From assembly GCA_002269645.1 (NCBI GenBank), contig NIVC01001575.1, positions 100,691-164,690 of the forward strand: a stretch of DNA of 64,000 nucleotides, read 5' to 3'. Of the stretch, positions 1-13,802 are shown piece by piece. The stretch is from Macrostomum lignano (Eukaryota). The position numbers were made by a program, and so were the translations under genes. Each line of letters opens with the position of its first letter. The first letter of the stretch is position 1. The notes below the pieces were generated by a model. That model did not search any database and had not been told where the DNA came from. It was given only the letters and a program-made list of their open reading frames with translations.

Positions 1-735
1 TAATAGAGATTAGACACACCTGATTGAGATTAGACACAAGTGATTGAGATTAGACACACCTGATAGAGATTAGACACAAGTGATTGAGATTAGACACAAG
101 TTATTGAGATTAGACACATCTGATAGATATTAGAGGACACATTTGATATAGATTAGACACACCTGATAGAGATTAGAAGACACACCTGATAGAGATTAAA
201 CACATCTGATAAAGATTAGAAGACACACCTATAGAGATTAGACAAACCTGAATAGGAATTAAAAGACACATTTGATATAGATTAGACACACCTGATTGAG
301 ATTAGACACACCTGATAGAGATTAGACACACCTGATATAGAATAGACACACCTGATGGAGATTCGACACACCTGATGATTAGACACAAGTGATAGAGATT
401 AGACACAAGTGATAGAGATTAGACACAAGTGATAGAGATTAGTCACAAGTGATAGAGATTAGACACAAGTGATAGAGATTAGACGCACCTGATAGAGATT
501 AGACGCACCTGATAGAGATTAGACAAGTGATAGAGATTATACACAAGTGATAGAGATTAGACACAAGTGATAGAGATTAGACACAAGTGATAGAGATTAG
601 ACACACCTGATAGAGATTAGACACAAGTGATAGAGATTAGACACAAGTGATAGAGATTAGACACAAGTGATAGAGATTAGACACAAGTGATAGAGATTAG
701 ACACATCTGATAGAGATTAGACACAAGTGATAGAG
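1..735. repeat. ~20-bp minisatellite (GATAGAGATTAGACACAAGT), intronic in PRPF3
   Basis: Direct tandem repetition, degenerate towards position 1; ends about 55 nt before a CAG acceptor. Confidence 0.95.
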
Positions 736-791
736 ACAAGAGACGCAGCTTGTCAGCATCCAGATCGCCAACCCCCATCCCCTCACTGCAG

Positions 792-1311
792 TCAAAAGCT
801 GCCCAACCGTCAGTCCCGCCGCCAGCTGGCATTCCACGAGCCCGGCAAGTTCACCAAGCTGGCCGCCCGGATTCGCACCAAAGCGCAGCTCCGGCGACTG
901 CAGGAATCTGTGGAGGCCAAGGCCCGTCGGACTGGCATCGCCTGCGCCACTAAGCTGGCCGCTATCCAGTCAGCCAGCCGGACAGACGAGGTTGTGCCCA
1001 GCATCGAATGGTGGGACGCGCCCATATTGAAATCGGACGATTTAAGCTACTCAGTGCTGGATAGCGGCAAGCCTATTGTTGAACTGCTGCAGTCCGATTG
1101 GTTCACCAGGCTGGTGGAGCATCCTTTTCAGTTGAAGGCGCCCCAGTATCCGGAGAAGCCGCCGGAAATTAAACTGCAACTGACTAAAGAGGAGCAGAAG
1201 AAATTGCGCCGGCAGAATCGCGTTGAGATGCAGAAGGAGAGGCAGGAGAAACAGCGGCTTGGTCTGGTGCCAGCGCCTCAGCCGAAACTGAGGATGACTA
1301 ACTTGATGAGG
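792..1311 (+). CDS. PRPF3: U4/U6 snRNP protein Prp3, internal exon (earlier exons lie upstream of the window)
   Basis: Translation FHEPGKFTKLAARIRTKAQL..IEWWD..VEHP..LTKEEQKKLRRQ..RLGL..NLMR matches the Prp3 domain. Acceptor ccccatcccctcactgcag ends at 791 (less certain); donor AGG|gtgagc at 1312. Confidence 0.9.
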
Positions 1312-1344
1312 GTGAGCGGTGCTTGGCCTGTGCTGCTTCTGAAT

Positions 1345-1700
1345 CCGCTCTGTCTGAAATCCGCCCCTTCCCCAAATATCCGCTCATCTGAAATCCGCCC
1401 CCTTCCAAATATCTGATCATCTGAAATCCGCCCCTTTGAAATATCCGCTCATCTGAAATCCGCCCCTTTCAAATATCCGCTCATCTGAAATCCGCCCCCT
1501 TTCAAATATCCCCTCATCTGAAATCCGCCCCCTTCTAAATATCCGATCATCTGAAATCCGCCCCTTTCAAATATCTGCTCATTTGAAATCCGCCCCCAAA
1601 TATCCGCTCTCTCTGAAATCCACACCGAAGATATCTGCTCTCCTGAAATCCGCCCCATTTCCGCTGTCTCAATCTTCATCCGCCCCCAACTCCGCCCCTC
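1345..1700. repeat. ~32-bp minisatellite (CTCATCTGAAATCCGCCCCTTTCAAATATCCG) filling PRPF3 intron 1312-1710
   Basis: About 10 degenerate tandem units between donor and acceptor. Confidence 0.9.
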
Positions 1701-1710
1701 CCGCACTCAG

Positions 1711-1938
1711 GTGCTGGGCTCCGAGGCGGTGCAGGACCCCACCAAAGCGGAGGCATTCGTCCGCGCCCAAATGGACAAGCGCAAGCGAGATCACGAGTCG
1801 GCCAACGCAGCCCGCCAGCTGACGCCCGAGCAGAGGCGAGCTAAAAAGATTCGCAAGCTGACGGAGGATACGAAAACCGGGGTGACTGTCAGCGTGTTCT
1901 TGGTTAAGGACCTGTCCGACCTGTCGCATCGGTTCAAG
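1711..1938 (+). CDS. PRPF3: Prp3 internal exon
   Basis: [24 protein letters not shown] continues NLMR in phase 0; cag| acceptor at 1710 and |gt donor at 1939. Confidence 0.93.
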
Positions 1939-2109
1939 GTTCGAGCTTGCCTGTGTAGCAGCGCATCTTTCAATACAAGCGACCCCACTGAAATACCCCC
2001 TGAAGGGATCGACTGAGAAACCCCTACCCACTGAAGACCGAATACCAACCGAACTACCCACTGAGAGAGACCTGAAAGTAACCTAAAAGACGATTTAAAT
2101 ACTTCCAGA

Positions 2110-5100
2110 AGTACTCGATTTAAATACCCCTGAAGAGTTCTCAATTTTAATACCTCTAATAGATTCTATTCAAATACCCCCTGAAAAGTTTCTATTCAAA
2201 TACCCCTGAAAGATTCTATTCAAATACCCCCTGAAAAGTTTCTATTCAAATACCCCTGAAAGATTCTATTCAAATAACCCCTGAAAGATTCTATTCAAAT
2301 ACCCCCTGAAAGATTATATTCAAATACCCCTGAAAGTTTCTATTCAAATACCCCTGAAAGATTCTATTCAAATACCCCCTGAAAAGTTTCTATTCAAATA
2401 CCCCTGAAAGATTCTATTCAAATAACCCCTGAAAGATTATATTCAAATAACCCCTGAAAGATTCTATTCAAATACCCCCTGAAAAGTTTCTATTCAAATA
2501 CCCCTGAAAGATTCTATTCGAATAACCCCTGAAAGATTCTATTCAAATAACCCCTGAAAGATTCTATTCAAACACCCCTGAAAGATTCTATTCAAATAAC
2601 CCCTGAAAGATTCTATTCAAACACCCCTGAAAGATTCTATTCAAATACCCCTGAAAGATTCTATTCAAATAACCCCTGAAAGATTCTATTCAAACACCCC
2701 TGAAAGATTCTATTCAAACACCCCTGAAAGATTCTATTCAAATACCCCTGAAAGATTCTATTCAAATAACCCCTGAAAGATTCTATTCAAACACCCCTGA
2801 AAGATTCTATTCAAACACCCCTGAAAGATTCTATTCAAATACCCCTGAAAGATTCTATTCAAATACCCCTGAAATATTCTATTCAAATACCCCTGAAAGA
2901 TTCTATTCAAATAACCCCTGAAAGATTCTATTCAAATACCCCTGAAAGATTCTATTCAAATACCCCTGAAAGATTCTATTCAAACACCCTGAAAGATTCT
3001 ATTCAAATACCCCTGAAAGATTCTATTCAAACACCCCTGAAAGATTCTATTCAAATAACCCCTGAAAGATTCTATTCAAATAACCCCTGAAATATTCTAT
3101 TCAACAAATACCCCTGAAAGATTCTATTCAAATACCCCTGAAAGATTCTATTCAAATACCCCTGAAAGATTCTATTCAAATAACCCCTGAAAGATTCTAT
3201 TCAAATAACCCCTGAAAGATTCTATTCAAATGCCCCTGAAAGATTCTATTCAAATACCCCTGAAAGATTCTATTCAAATACCCCTGAAAGATTCTATTCA
3301 AATACCCCTGAAAGATTCTATTCAAATGCCCCTGAAAGATTCTATTCAAATACCCCTGAAAGATTCTATTCAAATAACCCCTGAAAGATTCTATTCAAAT
3401 ACCCCTGAAAGATTCTATTCAAATACCCCTGAAAGATTCTATTCAAACACCCCTGAAAGATTCTATTCAAATACCCCTGAAAGATTCTATTCAAACACCC
3501 CTGAAAGATTCTATTCAAATAACCCCTGAAAGATTCTATTCAAATACCCCTGAAAGATTCTATTCAAACACCCCTGAAAGATTCTATTCAAATACCCCTA
3601 AAAGATTCTATTCAAACACCCCTGAAAGATTCTATTCAAATAACCCCTGAAAGATTCTATTCAAATACCCCTGAAAGATTCTATTCAAATACCCCTGAAA
3701 GATTCTATTCAAATACCCCTGAAAGATTCTATTCAAATACCCCTGAAAGATTCTATTCAAATAACCCCTGAAAGATTCTATTCAAAAACCCCTGAAAGAT
3801 TCTATTCAAATACCCCTGAAAGATTCTATTCAAATACCCCTGAAAGATTCTATTCAAATACCCCTGAAAGATTCTATTCAAATACCCCTGAAAGATTATA
3901 TTCAAATACCCCTGAAAGATTCTATTCAAATAACCCCTGAAAGATTCTATTCAAATAACCCCTGAAAGATTCTATTCAAATGCCCCTGAAAGATTCTATT
4001 CAAATACCCCTGAAAGATTCTATTCAAATACCCCTGAAAGATTCTATTCAAATACCCCTGAAAGATTCTATTCAAATAACCCCTGAAAGATTCTATTCAA
4101 ATAACCCCTGAAAGATTCTATTCAAATGCCCCTGAAAGATTCTATTCAAATACCCCTGAAAGATTCTATTCAAATACCCTGAAAGATTCTATTCAAATAC
4201 CCCTGAAAGATTCTATTCAAATGCCCCTGAAAGATTCTATTCAAATAACCCCTGAAAGATTCTATTCAAATACCCCTGAAAGATTCTATTCGAATAACCC
4301 CTGAAAGATTCTATTCAAACACCCCTGAAAGATTCTATTCAAACACCCCTGAAAGATTCTATTCAAATACCCCTGAAAGATTCTATTCAAATAACCCTGA
4401 AAGATTCTATTCAAACACCCTGAAAGATTCTATTCAAACACCCCTGAAAGATTCTATTCAAATACCCCTGAAAGATTCTATTCAAATAACCCCTGAAAGA
4501 TTCTATTCAAACACCCCTGAAAGATTCTATTCAAACACCCCTGAAAGATTCTATTCAAATACCCCTGAAAGATTCTATTCAAATACCCCTGAAAGATTCT
4601 ATTCAAATACCCCTGAAAGATTCTATTCAAATAACCCCTGAAAGATTCTATTCAAATACCCCTGAAAGATTCTATTCAAATACCCCTGAAAGATTCTATT
4701 CAAACACCCCTGAAAGATTCTATTCAAATACCCCTGAAAGATTCTATTCAAACACCCCTGAAAGATTCTATTCAAATAACCCCTGAAAGATTCTATTCAA
4801 ATAACCCCTGAAATATTCTATTCAACAAATACCCCTGAAAGATTCTATTCAAATACCCCTGAAAGATTCTATTCAAATACCCCTGAAAGATTCTATTCAA
4901 ATAACCCCTGAAAGATTCTATTCAAATAACCCCTGAAAGATTCTATTCAAATGCCCCTGAAAGATTCTATTCAAATACCCCTGAAAGATTCTATTCAAAT
5001 ACCCCTGAAAGATTCTATTCAAATACCCCTGAAAGATTCTATTCAAATGCCCCTGAAAGATTCTATTCAAATACCCCTGAAAGATTCTATTCAAATAACC

Positions 5101-8100
5101 CCTGAAAGATTCTATTCAAATACCCCTGAAAGATTCTATTCAAATACCCCTGAAAGATTCTATTCAAACACCCCTGAAAGATTCTATTCAAATACCCCTG
5201 AAAGATTCTATTCAAACACCCCTGAAAGATTCTATTCAAATAACCCCTGAAAGATTCTATTCAAATACCCCTGAAAGATTCTATTCAAACACCCCTGAAA
5301 GATTCTATTCAAATACCCCTGAAAGATTCTATTCAAACACCCCTGAAAGATTCTATTCAAATAACCCCTGAAAGATTCTATTCAAATACCCCTGAAAGAT
5401 TCTATTCAAATACCCCTGAAAGATTCTATTCAAATACCCCTGAAAGATTCTATTCAAATACCCCTGAAAGATTCTATTCAAATAACCCCTGAAAGATTCT
5501 ATTCAAAAACCCCTGAAAGATTCTATTCAAATACCCCTGAAAGATTCTATTCAAATACCCCTGAAAGATTCTATTCAAATACCCCTGAAAGATTCTATTC
5601 AAATACCCCTGAAAGATTCTATTCAAATACCCCTGAAAGATTCTATTCAAATAACCCCTGAAAGATTCTATTCAAATAACCCCTGAAAGATTCTATTCAA
5701 ATGCCCCTGAAAGATTCTATTCAAATACCCCTGAAAGATTCTATTCAAATACCCCTGAAAGATTCTATTCAAATACCCCTGAAAGATTCTATTCAAATAA
5801 CCCCTGAAAGATTCTATTCAAATAACCCCTGAAAGATTCTATTCAAATGCCCCTGAAAGATTCTATTCAAATACCCCTGAAAGATTCTATTCAAATACCC
5901 CTGAAAGATTCTATTCAAATACCCCTGAAAGATTCTATTCAAATGCCCCTGAAAGATTCTATTCAAATAACCCCTGAAAGATTCTATTCAAATACCCCTG
6001 AAAGATTCTATTCAAATAACCCCTGAAAGATTCTATTCAAACACCCCTGAAAGATTCTATTCAAACACCCCTGAAAGATTCTATTCAAATACCCCTGAAA
6101 GATTCTATTCAAATAACCCCTGAAAGATTCTATTCAAATACCCCTGAAAGATTCTATTCAAACACCCCTGAAAGATTCTATTCAAATACCCCTGAAAGAT
6201 TCTATTCAAATACCCCTGAAAGATTCTATTCAAATACCCCTGAAAGATTCTATTCAAATAACCCCTGAAAGATTCTATTCAAATACCCCTGAAAGATTCT
6301 ATTCAAATACCCCTGAAAGATTCTATTCAAACACCCCTGAAAGATTCTATTCAAATAACCCCTGAAAGATTCTATTCAAATAACCCCTGAAAGATTCTAT
6401 TCAAATACCCCTGAAAGATTCTATTCAAATACCCCTGAAAGATTCTATTCAAATACCCCTGAAAGATTCTATTCAAATACCCCTGAAAGATTCTATTCAA
6501 ATAACCCCTGAAAGATTCTATTCAAATACCCCTGAAAGATTCTATTCAAATACCCCTGAAAGATTCTATTCAAATACCCCTGAAAGATTCTATTCAAATA
6601 CCCCTGAAAGATTCTATTCAAATACCCCTGAAAGATTCTATTCAAATACCCCTGAAAGATTCTATTCAAATACCCCTGAAAGATTCTATTCAAATACCCC
6701 TGAAAGATTCTATTCAAATACCCCTGAAAGATTCTATTCAAACACCCCTGAAAGATTCTATTCAAATACCCCTGAAAGATTCTATTCAAACACCCCTGAA
6801 AGATTCTATTCAAATAACCCCTGAAAGATTCTATTCAAATACCCCTGAAAGATTCTATTCAAATACCCCTGAAAGATTCTATTCAAATACCCCTGAAAGA
6901 TTCTATTCAAATACCCCTGAAAGATTCTATTCAAATACCCCTGAAAGATTCTATTCAAATACCCCTGAAAGATTCTATTCAAATACCCCTGAAAGATTCT
7001 ATTCAAATACCCCTGAAAGATTCTATTCAAATACCCCTGAAAGATTCTATTCAAATAACCCCTGAAAGATTCTATTCAAATACCCCTGAAAGATTCTATT
7101 CAAATACCCCTGAAAGATTCTATTCAAATACCCCTGAAAGATTCTATTCAAATACCCCTGAAAGATTCTATTCAAATACCCCTGAAAGATTCTATTCAAA
7201 TACCCCTGAAAGATTCTATTCAAATAACCCCTGAAAGATTCTATTCAAATAACCCCTGAAAGATTCTATTCAAATACCCCTGAAAGATTCTATTCAAATA
7301 CCCCTGAAAGATTCTATTCAAATACCCCTGAAAGATTCTATTCAAATACCCCTGAAAGATTCTATTCAAATAACCCCTGAAAGATTCTATTCAAATGCCC
7401 CTGAAAGATTCTATTCAAATACCCCTGAAAGATTCTATTCAAATACCCCTGAAAGATTCTATTCAAATACCCCTGAAAGATTCTATTCAAATACCCCTGA
7501 AAGATTCTATTCAAATAACCCCTGAAAGATTCTATTCAAATACCCCTGAAAGATTCTATTCAAATAACCCCTGAAAGATTCTATTCAAATACCCCTGAAA
7601 GATTCTATTCAAATAACCCCTGAAAGATTCTATTCAAATAACCCCTGAAAGATTCTATTCAAATACCCCTGAAAGATTCTATTCAAATACCCCTGAAAGA
7701 TTCTATTCAAATACCCCTGAAAGATTCTATTCAAATACCCCTGAAAGATTCTATTCAAATACCCCTGAAAGATTCTATTCAAATAACCCCTGAAAGATTC
7801 TATTCAAATAACCCCTGAAAGATTCTATTCAAATACCCCTGAAAGATTCTATTCAAATACCCCTGAAAGATTCTATTCAAATACCCCTGAAAGATTCTAT
7901 TCAAATAACCCCTGAAAGATTCTATTCAAATACCCCTGAAAGATTCTATTCAAATACCCCTGAAAGATTCTATTCAAATAAACCCTGAAAGATTCTATTC
8001 AAATAACCCCTGAAAGATTCTATTCAAATAACCCCTGAAAGATTCTATTCAAATAACCCCTGAAAGATTCTATTCAAATACCCCTGAAAGATTCTATTCA

Positions 8101-10900
8101 AATACCCCTGAAAGATTCTATTCAAATAACCCCTGAAAGATTCTATTCAAATAACCCCTGAAAGATTCTATTCAAATACCCCTGAAAGATTCTATTCAAA
8201 TACCCCTGAAAGATTCTATTCAAATACCCCTGAAAGATTCTATTCAAATAACCCCTGAAAGATTCTATTCAAATACCCCTGAAAGATTCTATTCAAATAC
8301 CCCTGAAAGATTCTATTCAAATACCCCTGAAAGATTCTATTCAAATACCCCTGAAAGATTCTATTCAAATAACCCCTGAAAGATTCTATTCAAATACCCC
8401 TGAAAGATTCTATTCAAATACCCCTGAAAGATTCTATTCAAATACCCCTGAAAGATTCTATTCAAATACCCCTGAAAGATTCTATTCAAATACCCCTGAA
8501 AGATTCTATTCAAATAACCCCTGAAAGATTCTATTCAAATACCCCTGAAAGATTCTATTCAAATACCCCTGAAAGATTCTATTCAAATAACCCCTGAAAG
8601 ATTCTATTCAAATAACCCCTGAAAGATTCTATTCAAATACCCCTGAAAGATTCTATTCAAATAACCCCTGAAAGATTCTATTCGAATAACCCCTGAAAGA
8701 TTCTATTCAAATAACCCCTGAAAGATTCTATTCAAATACCCCTGAAAGATTCTATTCAAATACCCCTGAAAGATTCTATTCAAATACCCCTGAAAGATTC
8801 TATTCGAATAACCCCTGAAAGATTCTATTCAAATAACCCCTGAAAGATTCTATTCAAATACCCCTGAAAGATTCTATTCAAATACCCCTGAAAGATTCTA
8901 TTCAAATACCCCTGAAAGATTCTATTCAAATACCCCTGAAAGATTCTATTCAAATACCCCTGAAAGATTCTATTCAAATACCCCTGAAAGATTCTATTCA
9001 AATACCCCTGAAAGATTCTATTCAAATACCCCTGAAAGATTCTATTCAAATACCCCTGAAAGATTCTATTCAAATACCCCTGAAAGATTCTATTCAAATA
9101 CCCCTGAAAGATTCTATTCAAATACCCCTGAAAGATTCTATTCAAATACCCCTGAAAGATTCTATTCAAATAACCCCTGAAAGATTCTATTCAAATACCC
9201 CTGAAAGATTCTATTCAAATACCCCTGAAAGATTCTATTCAAATACCCCTGAAAGATTCTATTCAAATAACCCCTGAAAGATTCTATTCAAATACCCCTG
9301 AAAGATTCTATTCAAATACCCCTGAAAGATTCTATTCAAATACCCCTGAAAGATTCTATTCAAATACCCCTGAAAGATTCTATTCAAATACCCCTGAAAG
9401 ATTCTATTCAAATACCCCTGAAAGATTCTATTCAAATACCCCTGAAAGATTCTATTCAAATACCCCTGAAAGATTCTATTCAAATACCCCTGAAAGATTC
9501 TATTCAAATACCCCTGAAAGATTCTATTCAAATAACCCCTGAAAGATTCTATTCAAATACCCCTGAAAGATTCTATTCAAATACCCCTGAAAGATTCTAT
9601 TCAAATACCCCTGAAAGATTCTATTCAAATAACCCCTGAAAGATTCTATTCAAATACCCCTGAAAGATTCTATTCAAATACCCCTGAAAGATTCTATTCA
9701 AATACCCCTGAAAGATTCTATTCAAATACCCCTGAAAGATTCTATTCAAATACCCCTGAAAGATTCTATTCAAACACCCCTGAAAGATTCTATTCAAATA
9801 ACCCCTGAAAGATTCTATTCAAATACCCCTGAAAGATTCTATTCAAATAACCCCTGAAAGATTCTATTCAAATACCCCTGAAAGATTCTATTCAAATAAC
9901 CCCTGAAAGATTCTATTCAAATAACCCCTGAAAGATTCTATTCAAATAACCCCTGAAAGATTCTATTCAAATACCCCTGAAAGATTCTATTCAAATACCC
10001 CTGAAAGATTCTATTCAAATACCCCTGAAAGATTCTATTCAAATACCCCTGAAAGATTCTATTCAAATACCCCTGAAAGATTCTATTCAAATACCCCTGA
10101 AAGATTCTATTCAAATACCCCTGAAAGATTCTATTCAAATACCCCTGAAAGATTCTATTCAAATACCCCTGAAAGATTCTATTCAAATACCCCTGAAAGA
10201 TTCTATTCAAATACCCCTGAAAGATTCTATTCAAATACCCCCTGAAAGATTCTATTCAAATACCCCTGAAAGATTCTATTCAAATACCCCTGAAAGATTC
10301 TATTCAAATACCCCTGAAAGATTCTATTCAAACACCCCTGAAAGATTCTATTCAAACACCCCTGAAAGATTCTATTCAAACACCCCTGAAAGATTCTATT
10401 CAAACACCCCTGAAAGATTCTATTCAAAACCCCTGAAAGATTCTATTCAAATACCCCTGAAAGATTCTATTCAAACCCCTGAAAGATTCTATTCAAACAC
10501 CCCTGAAAGATTCTATTCAAATACCCCTGAAAGATTCTATTCAAAACCCCTGAAAGATTCTATTCAAATACCCCTGAAAGATTCTATTCAAATACCCTGA
10601 AAGATTCTATTCAAATAACCCCTGAAATATTCTATTCAAATACCCCTGAAAGATTCTATTCAAATACCCCTGAAAGATTCTATTCAAATACCCCTGAAAG
10701 ATTCTATTCAAATACCCCTGAAAGATTCTATTCAAATACCCCTGAAAGATTCTATTCAAATAACCCCTGAAAGATTCTATTCAAATACCCCTGAAAGATT
10801 CTATTCAAATAACCCCTGAAAGATTCTATTCAAATACCCCCTGAAAGATTCTATTCAAATACCCCCTAAAAGATTCTATTCAAATACCCCCTAAAAAAGA
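2110..10900. repeat. 24/25-bp minisatellite (TACCCCTGAAAGATTCTATTCAAA), roughly 360 copies, filling the 9.1-kb PRPF3 intron 1939-11030
   Basis: Homogeneous tandem array with variants (TAAC, CAC, TGC) and degenerate margins. Confidence 0.97.
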
Positions 10901-11030
10901 GACTCGATTTAAATACACCATGAAGAACCCTAGTGAATTTCCCCTTAAATACTCATGAGAGACACACTGAAGAAGCCCAACTGAGCCGGCCCTACAAAGC
11001 AGCCATTCAAAATACCCCCTGAATCCTCAG

Positions 11031-11375
11031 GTCCGGGCCAACGCCGAGCAGCTGGGCATGACAGGCGTGGCGGTGACTCATCGCGACTGCTGTGTAGTGG
11101 TAGTTGAAGGCGGCCCCAAGCAGACTCGCAAGTTCAGCCGGCTGATGCTTGAGCGGATCAGATGGACCGAAGGCAAAACTAAAGTGCCAGACAACCAGTG
11201 CAAACTGGTTTGGACCGGCTTCACTAAGGATCGCGCATTTGACAAGCTGGATTTTCAATCCGCCCCAACTGAGATGGCTGGCAGGGAGATATTTAAGAAG
11301 GCCGGTGTTGAGCACTATTGGGATCATTGCTATGCTGGCAATGTGCTGCAGTCTGTTGGAGGCGAATCTGCCTAA
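11031..11375 (+). CDS. PRPF3: Prp3 last coding exon (C-terminal ferredoxin-like/DUF1115 region)
   Basis: cag|GTC CGG GCC AAC gives VRANAEQLGMTG..VVVVEGGPK..RIRW..CKLVW..EHYWD, then TAA; AATAAA at 11598. Confidence 0.93.
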   Translation, partial: VRANAEQLGMTGVAVTHRDCCVVVVEGGPKQTRKFSRLMLERIRWTEGKTKVPDNQCKLVWTGFTKDRAFDKLDFQSAPTEMAGREIFKKAGVEHYWDHCYAGNVLQSVGGESA

Positions 11376-12059
11376 CTTGTTCATTTACTGACTATACTAC
11401 TGTTTGCCCTCGCTTGTGTAAGTAGTCTAATAGGGAAATTAATGATTTTTATGCAAAAAGTATGAAATGTACAAAACAGGTTTTTTAATTTGCTCTGTTA
11501 ATATGAATTAACCAAGACTTGGTGTTTGTGGAAGTCTTTGTTCATCACTAATAATAATAAGAACTATTGAGTAACTAAGCATTTTTAAGCAAACAAAAAT
11601 AAAATAAACACATTATTATAAAACATCTGCCTTCGTCGCATGTTGCCTCATTCAAATTTGTTAATTAACGACTTGGTTTTAATTAATTTTTGTGTTTCTC
11701 AATCGGTTTTTATTTCAAGACGTTTGAGAAACGCAAGCATTTTCGCTACAAAGCCTACAGTGATCCCAAAAAGGGCAGATCCGGACACTTTGAAGGAGGG
11801 GAAGCTTTCCCCCATTAATTTGCTTTTCCAACTTCTTTGTAGGTTTTCTTTTAGTTTCCTGAAAGTGGGCTAAAACATTTTTTTCCTGTACTTGCACAAC
11901 AGCGAAATTGAGGCAAGATAGGCTGCCTGTGTCTGCTGGTTCAAAGTAGCTGTTCGGTTGAGAGGATTATGGATTAAAGTGAACTGACTGACCTGAGGGA
12001 ATAACTGCAAAGCTAATTGCCTCACTCTAAATCACTCACGCAATTGAGATGAAAGGAGG

Positions 12060-13802
12060 TATCTGTTCGGTGCGTGTTATCTGTTAGATACGTGTTATCC
12101 GTTAGATGTGTGTTATCTGTTAGATTTGTGTGTTATCCGTTAGATTTGTGTGTTATCAGTTAGATTTGTGTGTTATCAGTTAGATGTGTGTTATCTGTTA
12201 GATTTGTGTGTTATCCGTTAGATTTGTGTGTTATCAGTTAGATTTGTGTGTTATCAGTTAGATGTGTGTTATCTGTTAGATTTGTGTGTTATCAGTTAGA
12301 TGTGTGTTATCTGTTAGATTTGTGTGTTATCCGTTAGATTTGTGTGTTATCAGTTAGATTTGTGTGTTATCAGTTAGATTTGTGTGTTATCTGTTAGATT
12401 TGTGTGTTATCTTTTAGATTTGTGTGTTATCTGTTAGATTTGTGTGTTATCTGTTAGATTTGTGTGTTATCAGTTAGATTTGTGTGTTATCTGTTAGATT
12501 TGTGTGTTATCTGTTAGATGTGTGCTATCTGTTAGATGTGTGTGCTATCTGTTAGATTTGTGTTATCTGTTAGATTTGTGTGTTATCTGTTAGATGTGTG
12601 TTATCTGTTAGATTTGTGTGTTATCCGTTAGATTTGTGTGTTATCAGTTAGATTTGTGTGTTATCAGTTAGATTTGTGTGTTATCAGTTAGATGTGTGTT
12701 ATCTGTTAGATTTGTGTGTTATCCGTTAGATTTGTGTGTTATCAGTTAGATTTGTGTGTTATCAGTTAGATTTGTGTGTTATCTGTTAGATTTGTGTGTT
12801 ATCTGTTAGATTTGTGTGTTATCAGTTAGATTTGTGTGTTATCAGTTAGATTTGTGTGTTATCTGTTAGATTTGTGTGTTATCCGTTTGATTTGTGTGTT
12901 ATCAGTTAGATTTGTGTGTTATCAGTTAGATTTGTGTGTTATCAGTTAGATTTGTGTGTTATCTGTTAGATTTGTGTGTTATCCGTTAGATTTGTGTGTT
13001 ATCAGTTAGATTTGTGTGTTATCAGTTAGATTTGTGTGTTATCTGTTAGATTTGTGTGTTATCTGTTAGATTTGTGTGTTATCAGTTAGATTTGTGTGTT
13101 ATCAGTTAGATTTGTGTGTTATCTGTTAGATGTGTGTGTTATCTGTTAGATTTGTGTGTTATCTTTTAGATTTGTGTGTTATCTTTTAGATTTGTGTGTT
13201 ATCAGTTAGATTTGTGTGTTATCTTTTAGATTTGTGTTATCTGTTAGATGAGTGTTATCTGTTAGATTTGTGTTTTATCTGTTAGATGTGTGTGTTATCT
13301 GTTAGATTTGTGTGTTATCTGTTAGATGTGTGTGTTATCTGTTAGATTTGTGTTATCTGTTAGATGTGTGTTATCAGTTAGATGTGTGCGTTATCTGTTG
13401 GATGTGTGTGTTATCTGTTAGATGTGTGTGTTATCTTTTAGATTTGTGTGTTATCTGTTAGATGTGTGTGTTATCTGTTAGATTTGTGTGTTATCTGTTA
13501 AATTTGTGTGTTATCAGTTAGATGTGTGCGTTATCTGTTGGATGTGTGTGTTATCTGTTAGATGTGTGTGTTATCTTTTAGATTTGTGTGTTATCTGTTA
13601 GATGTGTGTGTTATCTGTTAGATTTGTGTGTTATCTGTTAGATGTGTGCGTTATCTGTTGGATGTGTGTGTTATCTGTTAGATGTGTGTGTTATCTGTTA
13701 GATTTTTGTGTTATCTGTTAAATTTGTGTGTTATCTGTTAGATTTGTGTGTTATCAGTTAGATGTGTGCGTTATCTGTTAAATTGGGTGTTATCTGTTAG
13801 AT
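12060..13802. repeat. ~20-bp minisatellite (GTTAGATTTGTGTGTTATCT)
   Basis: About 85 tandem units with 18-20 bp variants. Confidence 0.97.

Noticed and set aside
727-791. ORF-track start and N-terminus of PRPF3, and read-through tails at 1312-1416 and 1939-2016
   Set aside because: The GTG start lies in the repeat, and the tails are intronic; splice sites and homology define the exons.
3230-10427. Repetitive ORFs (PLKDSIQI, YLNRIFQG)
   Set aside because: Translations of the 24-bp intronic array, broken wherever a 25-bp unit occurs.
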